Shown here piece by piece: positions 19,406 to 29,999 of a stretch of DNA of 64,000 bases. How positions within the stretch are numbered: position 1 is the first letter of the stretch; every line of letters starts with the position of its first letter. Made by a program: the position numbers and the translations under genes. The stretch spans positions 778-64,777 of the forward strand of contig NZWP01000013.1 in assembly GCA_002701645.1 (NCBI GenBank), written 5' to 3'. This stretch comes from Fidelibacterota bacterium. Lineage in GTDB: Bacteria; Fidelibacterota; Marinisomatia; Marinisomatales; Marinisomataceae. Under the pieces are notes generated by a model. The model made no database searches, was not told the DNA's origin, and saw only the letters and a list, made by a program, of their open reading frames with translations.

Positions 19406-20598
19406 TTTAAATATTTAATCTTTGGATGCATTAATCCAACAATCCCAGTGGCACCCGCCAGTATTCCAAAAATTAAGAAGATTGTTTTAATATCAAAAAA
19501 GTCTGCCATCACCCCAATGATTCCACTAGATACTGCTGCCATACTAACAATAGAGATAGAAATAATAGCAAAAATTCTTCCTAAAAGTTTTTCTGGGATA
19601 TGTTTTTGCATAATAGATACACGAGAAATAATTAAGAAGGGTACCCCAATCCCATGTATGACTGATAAGAAATTAAGTTGGTTTATATTTTCTACAAAAT
19701 AGTATAAACAAAAGCTAGCACCATCAATAAATAAGCCTAATAAAAATAACAAGCCATGCGTAACTCGATTGCCGATTCCGTATACCATGGTAGTGCCTAA
19801 CAACATTCCCAATCCAATAAATGCTTCCACTAAAGCAAAATCAGATGCGCTACCGCCTAAGTGCAGTTTTACCAATATAGGAACTCCTATTATTGCAGGA
19901 CCCATTACAAATAAATTGCTTAGTAATGTTAAGATAATAATAAAGCGAAACGTGGCCCTATCTTTTAGATATTGTAACCCTTCTTTAGTTTTTTGAATTA
20001 TTTTTTTAGTATTAATTGGTTCTTTTTCTACAGTATCTTTTGGAGCCACAGCAGTTAGCGCAGCTGCGCAAAAATAGAAAAAAACACAAAAATAGAATAA
20101 ATTTTCTACCGGATAAATGGTGAGTAATTGCGCTGCTATAATTGGTCCAATTAGTACAGCAGTTTGCCAAGAAATATTTACAATAGAATTAGCTTTTAAC
20201 AGATTTTCTTTTTTAATCTGTGTTGGTAAATAAGCATTAAACGCTGGGACCATAGGCAATGCAAATCCGTTATGAAAAAAAGCTAACAACATAAGGAGCC
20301 ATACAGATGCAATGTTATAAAAAAATAATAAAGGTATACATAATAGAACTAATCCTTGCATGATGGTAGCAAGAGAAATCATTTTAGTTTTAGGAAAAAG
20401 ATCTACAATTGCTCCAATAAATAAGCCACAAAGAATAGCAGGCAAGTACGTAGTCATCGCTACAAATCCTGTAATTTTTTCAGAATTGGTAATATCTAAT
20501 ATAAGCCATATAAATGCAACGTCATAAATAGACCGTCCAATAGAGTTAAATAAAGGGACGGTCCATAGAAATATATTTAATTTTTTTTGTTTGTGCAT
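19402..20598 (-). CDS. MFS transporter
   Basis: 398 aa with about 12 hydrophobic helices and an MFS-like loop 'GAIVDLFPKTKM'. Substrate unknown. Confidence 0.8.
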   Translation of the reverse strand: MHKQKKLNIFLWTVPLFNSIGRSIYDVAFIWLILDITNSEKITGFVAMTTYLPAILCGLFIGAIVDLFPKTKMISLATIMQGLVLLCIPLLFFYNIASVWLLMLLAFFHNGFALPMVPAFNAYLPTQIKKENLLKANSIVNISWQTAVLIGPIIAAQLLTIYPVENLFYFCVFFYFCAAALTAVAPKDTVEKEPINTKKIIQKTKEGLQYLKDRATFRFIIILTLLSNLFVMGPAIIGVPILVKLHLGGSASDFALVEAFIGLGMLLGTTMVYGIGNRVTHGLLFLLGLFIDGASFCLYYFVENINQLNFLSVIHGIGVPFLIISRVSIMQKHIPEKLLGRIFAIISISIVSMAAVSSGIIGVMADFFDIKTIFLIFGILAGATGIVGLMHPKIKYLN

Positions 20599-20663
20599 AG
20601 GTTGATTTTGAACATGAAACTACGTATAATTATAGATTCTAATAACAAAGAAAATTAAATAAT

Positions 20664-20966
20664 ATGACATATATAATTACAGATCCATGTATCGGTACTT
20701 GCGATACAGCTTGCATTGAAGTGTGCCCTGTAGACTGCATACATGGTCCGGATGATCCAGAAGGATCGGGTGAGGAGGCAAAAGCTGCTGATTTTGATGC
20801 TACATCAAAACAACTTTTCATTAACCCGGAAGAATGTATTGATTGCGGAGCTTGCGAGCCTGAGTGTCCAGTCGATGCTATTTATGACGAAGATGAAACA
20901 CCAGAAGAATATGAGCCATCCATTGCGAGTAATTATAAGTTTTTTGGGCAAGACCCACCATCATAG
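20664..20966 (+). CDS. Dicluster ferredoxin
   Basis: '[19 protein letters not shown]' and '[16 protein letters not shown]' cluster motifs, with an acidic C-terminus. Confidence 0.85.
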   Translation: MTYIITDPCIGTCDTACIEVCPVDCIHGPDDPEGSGEEAKAADFDATSKQLFINPEECIDCGACEPECPVDAIYDEDETPEEYEPSIASNYKFFGQDPPS

Positions 20967-21018
20967 ATTTATATAACATCTTAGAGTAGTCTTTTCTATT
21001 TTTAACTGTCTTTATTTT

Positions 21019-22122
21019 ATGATAAATAAAAATCAAATATTACATCAACTAAAGTCAGTGAATTATCCTGGCTTTAATAGAGATATTGTATCATTCGGGA
21101 TGGTAAAAGAAATTCTGGTTGATCATAAAACTATTACTATTATGTTATCTATTTCTTCTCAAAACGAGGAGAAAAAGTCAGAACTTATCAAGATTATTAA
21201 AGAAACTATTGTTGCTGATGATTTTGAAGTAACAATCAAGATACTAGACCGTCCACCTCAAAAGGCAGAAGTAGATACTTCTAATAAGCATCAAAATGTT
21301 GAAGGAAATATTAAAAAAATTATTGCAGTAGCTAGCGGAAAAGGTGGTGTCGGAAAATCTACCATTGCACTTAATTTAGCTGCCGCCTTAACAAGCAGTG
21401 GACACAAAACTGGATTATTAGATTTAGATATTTATGGACCATCTTTACCTCTAACTATGGGAATCCAAGCAAATCCAGAAGTTGATGAAGATCAAAAAAT
21501 TATTCCTTTAGAAAAACATAATTTAAAACTCATGAGCTTTGGCTTTATTAGCGGTAATCAAGCACCAGTAGTTTGGAGAGGCCCATTAGTAGCTAAAATG
21601 ACTGAACAGTTTTTTAGAGATGTAAAATGGGGCGATTTAGATTATTTGATTCTTGATTTACCCCCAGGTACAGGCGATGTTCAGCTTACTTTATCTCAAA
21701 AGATTCCATTGGATGGTGCAATTATTGTGACTACACCCAACGATATTGCTTTAACAGATGTAAGAAAAGGCGCTGATATGTTTAAGAAAGTAGAGACTGA
21801 GCTGTTGGGCGTTGTAGAGAATATGTCTTACATGGAAATTTCAGGAGCAGTTCCTGGCAGTAAAAATGCAGATATTGTGATTAATGGAGAAAAAGTAACG
21901 ACCAATGAAAATGGTAAATTTAATTTAAAATTTGATCTATTTAAGCGTGGCGGAGGTCAAACAGAAAGTACTAGGCTTGATATACCGCTATTAGCAGAAG
22001 TGCCTTATTCCCATGAATTAATGGAGTCAATTGATAGCGGTGAACCAATTGTTTTTTATGACAAAGAATCGCCTGTATCAAAAATATTCTTAAAATTAGC
22101 ACAACAAATAGCAGCTATATGA
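21019..22122 (+). CDS. Mrp/ApbC/NBP35-family P-loop ATPase with N-terminal DUF59-like domain (cysteine-free)
   Basis: 'YPGFNRDIVSFGMVKEI' (DUF59-like), deviant Walker A 'ASGKGGVGKST', 'LDLPPGTGD', 'VVENMSY'. The family CxxC site is replaced by a Cys-less insertion. Confidence 0.85.
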   Translation: MINKNQILHQLKSVNYPGFNRDIVSFGMVKEILVDHKTITIMLSISSQNEEKKSELIKIIKETIVADDFEVTIKILDRPPQKAEVDTSNKHQNVEGNIKKIIAVASGKGGVGKSTIALNLAAALTSSGHKTGLLDLDIYGPSLPLTMGIQANPEVDEDQKIIPLEKHNLKLMSFGFISGNQAPVVWRGPLVAKMTEQFFRDVKWGDLDYLILDLPPGTGDVQLTLSQKIPLDGAIIVTTPNDIALTDVRKGADMFKKVETELLGVVENMSYMEISGAVPGSKNADIVINGEKVTTNENGKFNLKFDLFKRGGGQTESTRLDIPLLAEVPYSHELMESIDSGEPIVFYDKESPVSKIFLKLAQQIAAI

Positions 22123-22820
22123 CACTCAAACCAACCAATCTTAATCACCTCGCGATTATTATGGATGGTAATGGTAGATGGGCTAAAGATCAGAAATTAG
22201 ATCGTCTTTCTGGACATAAAGAAGGCGCTAAATCTGCTAAAAAAATTATTCAAGCATGTTCCAATTTAAAAATTAAATATCTTACTCTTTATACATTTTC
22301 AACGGAGAATTGGAATCGTCCACAATTGGAAATAGATAGTTTAATGGCTTTATTAAGCTCAACGTTAAATAATGAAATTCAGGAATTAGAGAGGAACAAT
22401 ATAGTATTTAATGTCGTTGGAAAAGTAGAGGATTTACCAAAGAACATACAAAACATCATTGCTAATACAATAGAAAGAACAAAGCAAAATACAGGCCTAG
22501 TTCTCTCTCTTGCGCTAAGTTATGGTGGTAGACAAGAAATTATAGATGCAATTAAGAAAATTGGAGCAAGTAAAAAAAGTAAAATAATAGATGAAGAGAT
22601 TGTAAAAAATCACTTATATTGCCCTGAAATCCCTGATCCGGATTTAATAATTAGAACGGCAGGAGAATATAGATTAAGTAATTTTTTATTATGGCAATCT
22701 GCTTATGCAGAGCTTTATGTAAGTAAAAAAAATTGGCCAGATTTTCAAGAAGAAGATTTAATGCAAGCGTTAAAAGATTTTGAGAACAGAAATAGAACTT
22801 TTGGTAAATTAACTGATTAA
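22119..22820 (+). CDS. uppS: Undecaprenyl diphosphate synthase
   Basis: 'HLAIIMDGNGRWAK', 'LTLYTFSTENWNRP', 'RTAGEYRLSNFLLWQSAYAELY'. Confidence 0.9.
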   Translation: MTLKPTNLNHLAIIMDGNGRWAKDQKLDRLSGHKEGAKSAKKIIQACSNLKIKYLTLYTFSTENWNRPQLEIDSLMALLSSTLNNEIQELERNNIVFNVVGKVEDLPKNIQNIIANTIERTKQNTGLVLSLALSYGGRQEIIDAIKKIGASKKSKIIDEEIVKNHLYCPEIPDPDLIIRTAGEYRLSNFLLWQSAYAELYVSKKNWPDFQEEDLMQALKDFENRNRTFGKLTD

Positions 22821-22822
22821 AT

Positions 22823-25201
22823 ATGAAAAATATATATATAACAATAATGCTATTATTTTTTGTCAATATTTTATATGGGCAAGAAGTAACTCTTTATCGT
22901 GTAAATATTGAAGGGAATACCACGACATCTGATAAGATGATTAAGTATTCTGCGGGTTTACGTGATGGAACTCAAATTCAAAGATCTGATATATCAACTG
23001 CTTTAACAAGATTATGGGATTTAGGTTTATTTGATGATGTTAATATTGTTCTTAACAATGATTCTGAATATGGGGTAGAAATCACAATTCAAGTAGAAGA
23101 AAGTCCCACTTTAAATAATATTTTATTTGAAGGTACATCTGTTAGAGAGTCTAGATTTACAGAAAAAATTGATTTAAAAATAGGGCAGAGAATTCGTCCT
23201 AATTCATTAGATGCTGCTGTTAAAAAGATTACAGAAATTTATCAAGAGGACGGATATTTTGATGTAGAAGTAAGTTCAACAATAGAAGTACCACAAGATA
23301 CCTTAGTACGTGCCGCCTATGCTAGAGATGTTATTTTTCAGGTGAAAGAACATGAAAAGTATAGACTAAAGAGTATTCAATTTACAGGAAACACTAATTT
23401 TTCAGCACGTAAGTTGAAAAAAGAATTAAAAGATACAAAAGAAAGAAAGTGGTGGTCTTTTTGGGTAAAAAGTCTTGACGAAAAAACATTTGATGCAGAT
23501 AAAAAAGCATTAGCTACGTTTTATCACAATGAAGGCTATAGAGATTTCCAAGTAGTAAGCGATACTCTGATGGTAGATAGGGAAAATTTTTCTTTGACAT
23601 TGGTATTATCTTTAAAAGAGGGGGAGCAATATCATTATCGTAATATTACATTTGAAGGTAACGAAATTGCAGATGAATCTACCCTTAAACAATTATTAAA
23701 AATTGAAAAAGGGGATGTTTATTCAGAAAAAGATTTTACTAAATCAGTCTATGAAGATATGATGAGCGTATACCAAGATAAGGGGTATATCTTTAGTAGT
23801 GTTAATCCAGAAATCATACCATCTGGTCTCGATTCTTTAGATATTAATTTTGTTTTTAATGAGGGGAGTAAGGTATACATCGAAAACATCTTTGTTTCTG
23901 GAAATAATAAAACTAGAGAAAATGTTATTAGACGTGAATTAAAGCTATTTCCTGGTGATGTTTTTAATAAATCTAAGTTAATGCGTAGCCAACGCGATAT
24001 CTGGATTTTAAATTATTTTGATAATGTAATACCAGATGTTAGTCCTATATCAGAAGATAAGGTAAATTTAGATTTTGTAGTTCAAGAGAAAAAGTCTACT
24101 CAAAGAATTAATGCAAACCTTGGTTTTACTGGGGAGTATGGAATAACAGGTGGAGCAGGAGTTGAATTTGATAATTTTATGGGAAGAGGGCAAAAATTTA
24201 ATATTGGTTTAAGTACAGGAACTAATTTTTCTCTTTACTCTAATCAAGAGCCTTCAAAATATAGATCATTAAATATTAGCTTCCAAGATCCTATGATTAA
24301 CGATAGCCCATATTTGGTTGGAGCATCAATATTTTATTCTTATAGAGGTTCATCTACAAATTATTATTTCCCACTAGACTTTACAGTAGCAGGAGCAGTT
24401 GCTAGTTTTGGAAGAAGACTAGAATGGCCAGATGATTTCTTTAGAGTTATGTGGTCTGCAAAATTAATGGAAAAACAATATCAGGGAACACAAGCCGATA
24501 TTGATCAATATATTGGAGGTTTAGACACAACTCGAGGGATTAGTTTTTCTCAAATGTTGTCTAGAGATAGTAGAAATAGGGCAGAATTCCCTACTTCCGG
24601 TTCTCGATTCCAAATTGAGAACACTTATTCAGGTGGATTTTTAGGAGGAAATGAAAACTTTCAAAAACATATATTAGATTTAAATTGGTTTACACCTACT
24701 TTTTCTAAAGTCGTATTATATAATTCTTTTAAATTGGGTGTTATCAAGACATTGGACGTAGATGACGACGTCCAAAGCTTTGTTCCCTTTGATGAAAGAT
24801 TTATTATGGGAGGTAATGGAATTCCTTACGGTAATGCCTTAAGAGGATATCCAGATAATTCTATTGGGCCACAAACAGCTTCTGGTCAAGCTGTTGGAGG
24901 AAATTCAATGGGGAAAGTCACTACAGAATTAAGGTTCCCATTATCAGAAAATCCTGTAATATACGTAATGGCTTTTGGAGAAATGGGAAATGTATGGAAC
25001 AGCTCAAAAATGTCTGAGCCGTTTTATATAGAGAGAAATGGCCCTCTTTCTATGAAAAAATCTGCCGGTGTTGGTGTTAGGTTTTTTATGCCAGGTATTG
25101 GTAAATTAGGGTTTGATATGGGATATGGATTTGACGATATTAATGGTGATGGTAATCCACAAGGTTGGGAGTATACTATCACATTTGGACAAACGTACTA
25201 A
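22823..25201 (+). CDS. bamA: Outer membrane protein assembly factor BamA
   Basis: 792 aa. Signal peptide, repeated POTRA-like units ('I.F.GN....'), C-terminal beta-barrel ending 'YTITFGQTY'. Followed by skp-lpxD. Confidence 0.9.
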   Translation: MKNIYITIMLLFFVNILYGQEVTLYRVNIEGNTTTSDKMIKYSAGLRDGTQIQRSDISTALTRLWDLGLFDDVNIVLNNDSEYGVEITIQVEESPTLNNILFEGTSVRESRFTEKIDLKIGQRIRPNSLDAAVKKITEIYQEDGYFDVEVSSTIEVPQDTLVRAAYARDVIFQVKEHEKYRLKSIQFTGNTNFSARKLKKELKDTKERKWWSFWVKSLDEKTFDADKKALATFYHNEGYRDFQVVSDTLMVDRENFSLTLVLSLKEGEQYHYRNITFEGNEIADESTLKQLLKIEKGDVYSEKDFTKSVYEDMMSVYQDKGYIFSSVNPEIIPSGLDSLDINFVFNEGSKVYIENIFVSGNNKTRENVIRRELKLFPGDVFNKSKLMRSQRDIWILNYFDNVIPDVSPISEDKVNLDFVVQEKKSTQRINANLGFTGEYGITGGAGVEFDNFMGRGQKFNIGLSTGTNFSLYSNQEPSKYRSLNISFQDPMINDSPYLVGASIFYSYRGSSTNYYFPLDFTVAGAVASFGRRLEWPDDFFRVMWSAKLMEKQYQGTQADIDQYIGGLDTTRGISFSQMLSRDSRNRAEFPTSGSRFQIENTYSGGFLGGNENFQKHILDLNWFTPTFSKVVLYNSFKLGVIKTLDVDDDVQSFVPFDERFIMGGNGIPYGNALRGYPDNSIGPQTASGQAVGGNSMGKVTTELRFPLSENPVIYVMAFGEMGNVWNSSKMSEPFYIERNGPLSMKKSAGVGVRFFMPGIGKLGFDMGYGFDDINGDGNPQGWEYTITFGQTY

Positions 25202-25214
25202 AGGAGAGAATAAA

Positions 25215-25721
25215 GTGTATAAAAAAATAGTGATTTTATTATTATTAGTTGGGGTATCATTTGCTCAAGAAAAAATTGGTGTAGTTTTTTCAGAAAAAAT
25301 TAGACTTGATTTTGAAGAGTTCAATGAAGTAGAACAGCAATTACAGCTTGATCTACAGGTCATTCAAAAAGAATACCAAGCAATGGCAACCGAGCTTGAT
25401 AGTATGGTTAAAGAATATGAGCAACAAAGCTTAATGATGTCAGAAGAGTTAAAAAAGGCAAAAGAGCAAGATATTAGAGATATGGATAATTCAATGCAAG
25501 GTTATCAGCAGGCAAAAGTTGGTCCAAACGGAGAGCTTACTAAAAAGCAAGCTCAGCTAGAGTATGAATTAGTTCAAAAGTTTAAATCAGCAGTTGATGC
25601 GGTAGCAATATCAAAAGGTTATGATATTATTATGGATGGTTCTCAAGCATCTCTTTATACTAAACCAACACACGATTTAACAGACGATGTTCTTTACGAA
25701 TTAAGAAAATCGAAAGAATAA
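25215..25721 (+). CDS. skp: Periplasmic chaperone Skp (OmpH family)
   Basis: GTG start 7 nt after 'AAGGAGAG'. Signal peptide 'VYKKIVILLLLVGVSFAQ' and a Q/E/K-rich coiled coil. Position between bamA and lpxD. Confidence 0.75.
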   Translation: MYKKIVILLLLVGVSFAQEKIGVVFSEKIRLDFEEFNEVEQQLQLDLQVIQKEYQAMATELDSMVKEYEQQSLMMSEELKKAKEQDIRDMDNSMQGYQQAKVGPNGELTKKQAQLEYELVQKFKSAVDAVAISKGYDIIMDGSQASLYTKPTHDLTDDVLYELRKSKE

Positions 25722-25735
25722 TATAGAGATTTCTC

Positions 25736-26725
25736 TTGTTGACACTTAAACAAATTGCCTCAGAGGTAAAGGGTGTAATAGTCGGCGATAGTTCAATTAT
25801 TATTACTAGCGTTGACGATATTGAAGAGGCTGTTGCTGGAGCAATATCATTCGCCTTTCTTCCAAAATATAAGAAGAAAATTATATCTTCCAATGCATCA
25901 GCTTTCATTGTTACGAGCAAAGAAGATTTACAGAAGTGTCCTGGAATTGTCGTTGAAAATCCATATTTAGCGATGATTAAAATATTAGAATTATTTTCTA
26001 AAAAACTTTCTACAGATCATACAATTAATGTTAATACAGTTATTTCCAACTCAGCTTCTTTAGGCAAAAATATAGGCATTGCTCCCTTTTCTGTAATTGA
26101 AGAAAATGTGACTATTGGAAACAATGTAACTATTGGTTCAGGAGTAAAAATCAATTCAGGAGTGACTATTGGATCTAATTCTAGTATAAAAGATAATGTT
26201 GTTATTTATGATGATGTTATTATAGGAGAAAACACATTAATTCATAGTGGTTCTATTGTGGGTAGTGATGGTTTCGGATTTACTACTATTGATAAAGTAC
26301 ATCATAAAATACCCCATATTAAAAGCGTTGTTATAGGTGATTTTGTAGAAGTAGGTGCGACGTGTACTATTGATAGAGGGTCAGTAAAGAACACTATTAT
26401 TGAAGATTATTGCAAGCTAGATAATCAAGTCCATATTGGACATAATGTAAAAATTCAAGAAGGGTGCTTATTAGCTGGAGGAGTATTTGTTGGAGGAAGT
26501 GCAATAGTTGGAGCTTATTCTATGATTGCTGGGAAAACCGATATTGGCCCCCATGTTATATTAGGCAATGAGTCTGTTGTCGCTGCACGCTCTTGCGTAT
26601 TAAAATCCTTAGATGGAGGACAAATGTATGCAGGAAATCCTGCTCGCCCTATTAAAGAGAAGCAAAAAAGAGATGCAGTGTTTACAAGATTAGAATTATT
26701 AGAAAAGAGACTAAAAAAACAATGA
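25736..26725 (+). CDS. lpxD: UDP-3-O-acylglucosamine N-acyltransferase
   Basis: Left-handed beta-helix hexapeptide repeats, 'GSDGFGF', C-terminal helical tail. TTG start. Confidence 0.9.
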   Translation: MLTLKQIASEVKGVIVGDSSIIITSVDDIEEAVAGAISFAFLPKYKKKIISSNASAFIVTSKEDLQKCPGIVVENPYLAMIKILELFSKKLSTDHTINVNTVISNSASLGKNIGIAPFSVIEENVTIGNNVTIGSGVKINSGVTIGSNSSIKDNVVIYDDVIIGENTLIHSGSIVGSDGFGFTTIDKVHHKIPHIKSVVIGDFVEVGATCTIDRGSVKNTIIEDYCKLDNQVHIGHNVKIQEGCLLAGGVFVGGSAIVGAYSMIAGKTDIGPHVILGNESVVAARSCVLKSLDGGQMYAGNPARPIKEKQKRDAVFTRLELLEKRLKKQ

Positions 26726-27639
26726 ACAAAAAACAGCAAACAATTAAACACCCCGTATCTTGTACTGGTGTTGGGTTACATACCGGAGTAGAAAGCACTA
26801 TTACCTTTCATCCAGCTGAAGAAAATTTTGGTATAAAATTTAGGAGAAATGATAAGGATGATCAGATTGTTACGCCCGATATAGATAATGTGGTAGATTT
26901 AACTAGAGGAACCACTATCGAAGAAAATGGAGTAAGAGTCCATACAACAGAACATGTTATGTCTGCATGTGCAGGTATGGGAATTAATAATCTTTTAATT
27001 GAGCTTAATAGTAAAGAACCTCCAGTAATGGATGGTAGTTCGAAAGATTTTGTGGCGGCTTTAAAGGAAGGTCAGCTTATTGAACAAGAAGACAATGTTG
27101 ATTTTTTAACAATTACTAAGCCAGTCGTATATACTGATGAAGAAAAAGATGTGGAAGTATTAGCAGTGCCTTATGATGGTTTTAAAACGACATTTACTAT
27201 TCAATACGACTTAGATGACTTAGACGTGCAATATAGTTCCGTACAAAACATGTATACTAATTATGAAAAACAGATTGCACCAGCACGCACTTTTTGTTTA
27301 TTAAGTGAAATAGAAGGCTTGGAAAAACAAGGTTTGATTAAAGGCGGCAATTTGGGGAATGCTGTGATTATTGTAGATAAAGAAATAGACCATGAAGAAG
27401 TACAGTTCTTTAAAGAAAGATTTGGTATTAAATTTTATAAACAAGATAGGGGGTTATATAAGTCACAGATTTTACGCTTTAGAAATGAACCAGTGAGGCA
27501 CAAAACATTAGATCTTATTGGAGATCTTGCGTTGCTAGGCAAGCCAATTGTAGGTCATGTGACTGCAATTAAGAGCGGGCATAAAGGAAATGTAGAATTT
27601 GCAAAATTATTACGAAAAGAATTTAAGGATCAATTTTAA
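26722..27639 (+). CDS. lpxC: UDP-3-O-acyl-N-acetylglucosamine deacetylase
   Basis: 'GVGLHTG', '[10 protein letters not shown]', '[14 protein letters not shown]', 'SGHKGN'. Confidence 0.9.
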   Translation: MNKKQQTIKHPVSCTGVGLHTGVESTITFHPAEENFGIKFRRNDKDDQIVTPDIDNVVDLTRGTTIEENGVRVHTTEHVMSACAGMGINNLLIELNSKEPPVMDGSSKDFVAALKEGQLIEQEDNVDFLTITKPVVYTDEEKDVEVLAVPYDGFKTTFTIQYDLDDLDVQYSSVQNMYTNYEKQIAPARTFCLLSEIEGLEKQGLIKGGNLGNAVIIVDKEIDHEEVQFFKERFGIKFYKQDRGLYKSQILRFRNEPVRHKTLDLIGDLALLGKPIVGHVTAIKSGHKGNVEFAKLLRKEFKDQF

Positions 27640-28074
27640 ATGCAAGATATTAACTATATATTAGAGGTGATGCCACATCGCTATCCATTCTTAATGGTAG
27701 ACCGTATTATAGAACATCGAAAAAAAGAAAGTATAAAAACCCTTAAGAATGTTTCTATGAATGAATCTTATTTTCAAGGACATTTTCCTGGCAAACCTAT
27801 CATGCCAGGTGTATTAATTTTAGAATCTATTGCACAGTCAGCATGCTTACTTATGGTAGATTTCATGGAAGATCCTTCTAAAAAATTCGTATTTATGTCA
27901 AAAGTAGTAAATTATAAGATACATCATAATGTTATTCCTGGAGATCAGCTATGTATTGAAGCAAAGTTATCCCAGCATAAATTAGGTTCTTTTAAGTTTG
28001 ATGCAATATGTTGTGTAGGAGATAAAAAGATAGCTTCAGCAGAATTTTTTGCCACAGTAGTAGATAGAAAGTAA
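27640..28074 (+). CDS. fabZ: 3-hydroxyacyl-ACP dehydratase FabZ
   Basis: 'LPHRYPFLMVDRI', 'FQGHFPGKPIMPGVLILE'. The ATG directly abuts the lpxC stop. Confidence 0.9.
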   Translation: MQDINYILEVMPHRYPFLMVDRIIEHRKKESIKTLKNVSMNESYFQGHFPGKPIMPGVLILESIAQSACLLMVDFMEDPSKKFVFMSKVVNYKIHHNVIPGDQLCIEAKLSQHKLGSFKFDAICCVGDKKIASAEFFATVVDRK

Positions 28075-28077
28075 ATA

Positions 28078-28848
28078 ATGAGTAATATACACCCAACAAA
28101 TATTATAGCAGATTCAGCGAAGATTGGTAACAATGTAACAATAGGTGCTTATAATGTTATTGAACAGGACGTTGTTATTGGTGACAATGTAACCATAGGT
28201 AATTTTAATACTATTGGTCAATATACAGAAATTGATGATGAATGTAATATTTTTCATAACAGTAGCATTGGAGTAGCGCCACAAGATAAAAAATTTGGGG
28301 GTGAAAAAACTAAGCTCATAGTTGGAAAGCGCACTGTCATTAGAGAGTTTGTAACGTTAAATCGTGGTACAAGCGCTACAGGAGTAACCACGATTGGAGA
28401 TGATGTGTTAATTATGACAGGTGTTCATGTTGCGCATGATTGTATTATTGGTAATAATGTGATTTTAGTTAATTTAGTTGCTTTAGGTGGACATGTTGAA
28501 GTTGGTGATTGGGCTATTTTGGGTGGCGCAAGCACCGTCCATCAATTTTGTAAAATAGGCAAACATGTAATGTTAGCAGCAAATTCAAAAATTGTTCAAG
28601 ACGTACCTCCGTATATATTAGCAGGGAAGCATCCTTTGAGATATTCAGGAATTAATTCTCTAGGCTTATCTAGAAGAGGGTTTAGCAAAGAAGATAGAAT
28701 AGTTATTAAAAAAGCATACCGTTATTATTTTAGATCTGAATTAAATCCATCTATTTCACTTAAAAAAATAAAAGAAGCATTTCCAGATAACGCTCACGTT
28801 AATGAGATTGTTGATTTTATTGAAAAAAGTGATAGAGGAATTATTTAA
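28078..28848 (+). CDS. lpxA: Acyl-ACP--UDP-N-acetylglucosamine O-acyltransferase
   Basis: Hexapeptide repeats throughout, 'FVTLNRGT', 'GLSRRGFS'. Confidence 0.9.
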   Translation: MSNIHPTNIIADSAKIGNNVTIGAYNVIEQDVVIGDNVTIGNFNTIGQYTEIDDECNIFHNSSIGVAPQDKKFGGEKTKLIVGKRTVIREFVTLNRGTSATGVTTIGDDVLIMTGVHVAHDCIIGNNVILVNLVALGGHVEVGDWAILGGASTVHQFCKIGKHVMLAANSKIVQDVPPYILAGKHPLRYSGINSLGLSRRGFSKEDRIVIKKAYRYYFRSELNPSISLKKIKEAFPDNAHVNEIVDFIEKSDRGII

Positions 28849-28858
28849 TCAATTTTTA

Positions 28859-29995
28859 ATGAAAAGAATTTCTATATTTGGTTCAACTGGCTCTGTTGGT
28901 ACTCAAACGTTATCAGTAATTAATCAAAATAAAGACCAGTTTAAAGTTGTGTGTTTATCCTGTAATCATAATGCAGATTTATTGTTTGAACAAGTGCAGC
29001 AGTTTATGCCTCAAAAAATTGCCATCAATACATTAAATTCCCATCATCCACTAAAAGATTTTTGTAAAAAACATAATATTGAGTTAATTATAGGAGAAAA
29101 TTCTTCCACTATAGTGTCACAATATCAAGACATTGATCTTGTTGTTAATGCTATTGTGGGAACAGATGGTTTAGTTCCAACACTCAATACAGTTCATAAT
29201 AACATTGAATTAGCACTTAGCAATAAGGAATCCTTGGTCTTGGGTGGGCACCTCATTATGCCAAAAGTGAAAGAAAATTCAGCAAATTTAATCCCCGTGG
29301 ATAGTGAGCATTCTGCTATCTTTCAATGTCTTTATGGGGAAGAAAAGAATACTCTCAAAAAAATTATCTTAACCGGTAGCGGAGGACCATTTTTAAAAAG
29401 AGACTTAGATACATTTAACTCTATTAAGCCGGAAGAAGCGTTGAAGCACCCTAATTGGGATATGGGAAAGAAGATTTCCATTGATTCAGCTACTATGATG
29501 AATAAAGGATTAGAATTGGTAGAAGCAATGTGGTTATTTGATGTCGGCATAAAAGATATCGAAATTGTTATTCATCCCGAATCAATTATACATTCTATGG
29601 TCCAGTTTGTAGATGATTCTTATAAAGCACATCTGGGTATACCAGATATGAAAATTCCTATACAATATGCTATGTCTTTTCCTGGACGAATTAATAGTGA
29701 TTACGGTAGTTTAAATTTTGCAGATATCGGTCAATTCACTTTTTTAAAACCAGACTATGCAAGATACCCAGCATTAGCACTGTTAATAGAATTAATTGAT
29801 AAGGGAGGTAATAGAGTCCCTGTCATGAGCATGGCAAACGATTATATTGTTAATCAATTCTTAAATCAAAAAATTCTTTTTACAGACATAGTAAGCTTGC
29901 TTGAAAAAACAGTGAATGAATTTCAAGATAATTCAAACCCATCTGTAGAAGATTTACTTACGTTAAATCAGCAAATAAAACTATATTTAGGCTAA
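28859..29995 (+). CDS. dxr: 1-deoxy-D-xylulose 5-phosphate reductoisomerase
   Basis: Starts at 'MKRISIFGSTGSVGTQTL'. 'PVDSEHSAIFQC', 'LTGSGGPF', 'HPNWDMGKKISIDSATMMNKGLE'. The track ORF start at 28802 overlaps lpxA and is rejected. Confidence 0.9.
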   Translation: MKRISIFGSTGSVGTQTLSVINQNKDQFKVVCLSCNHNADLLFEQVQQFMPQKIAINTLNSHHPLKDFCKKHNIELIIGENSSTIVSQYQDIDLVVNAIVGTDGLVPTLNTVHNNIELALSNKESLVLGGHLIMPKVKENSANLIPVDSEHSAIFQCLYGEEKNTLKKIILTGSGGPFLKRDLDTFNSIKPEEALKHPNWDMGKKISIDSATMMNKGLELVEAMWLFDVGIKDIEIVIHPESIIHSMVQFVDDSYKAHLGIPDMKIPIQYAMSFPGRINSDYGSLNFADIGQFTFLKPDYARYPALALLIELIDKGGNRVPVMSMANDYIVNQFLNQKILFTDIVSLLEKTVNEFQDNSNPSVEDLLTLNQQIKLYLG

Positions 29996-29999
29996 TTTT

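Noticed and set aside
25113-25214. 5' extension of the skp ORF overlapping the end of bamA
   Set aside because: A GTG at 25215 preceded by AAGGAGAG gives a clean signal peptide. The extension simply reads through the bamA 3' end in another frame.
28802-28858. 5' extension of the dxr ORF overlapping lpxA
   Set aside because: The conserved Dxr N-terminus 'MKRISIFGSTGSVG' starts at 28859. The extension overlaps the lpxA C-terminus.
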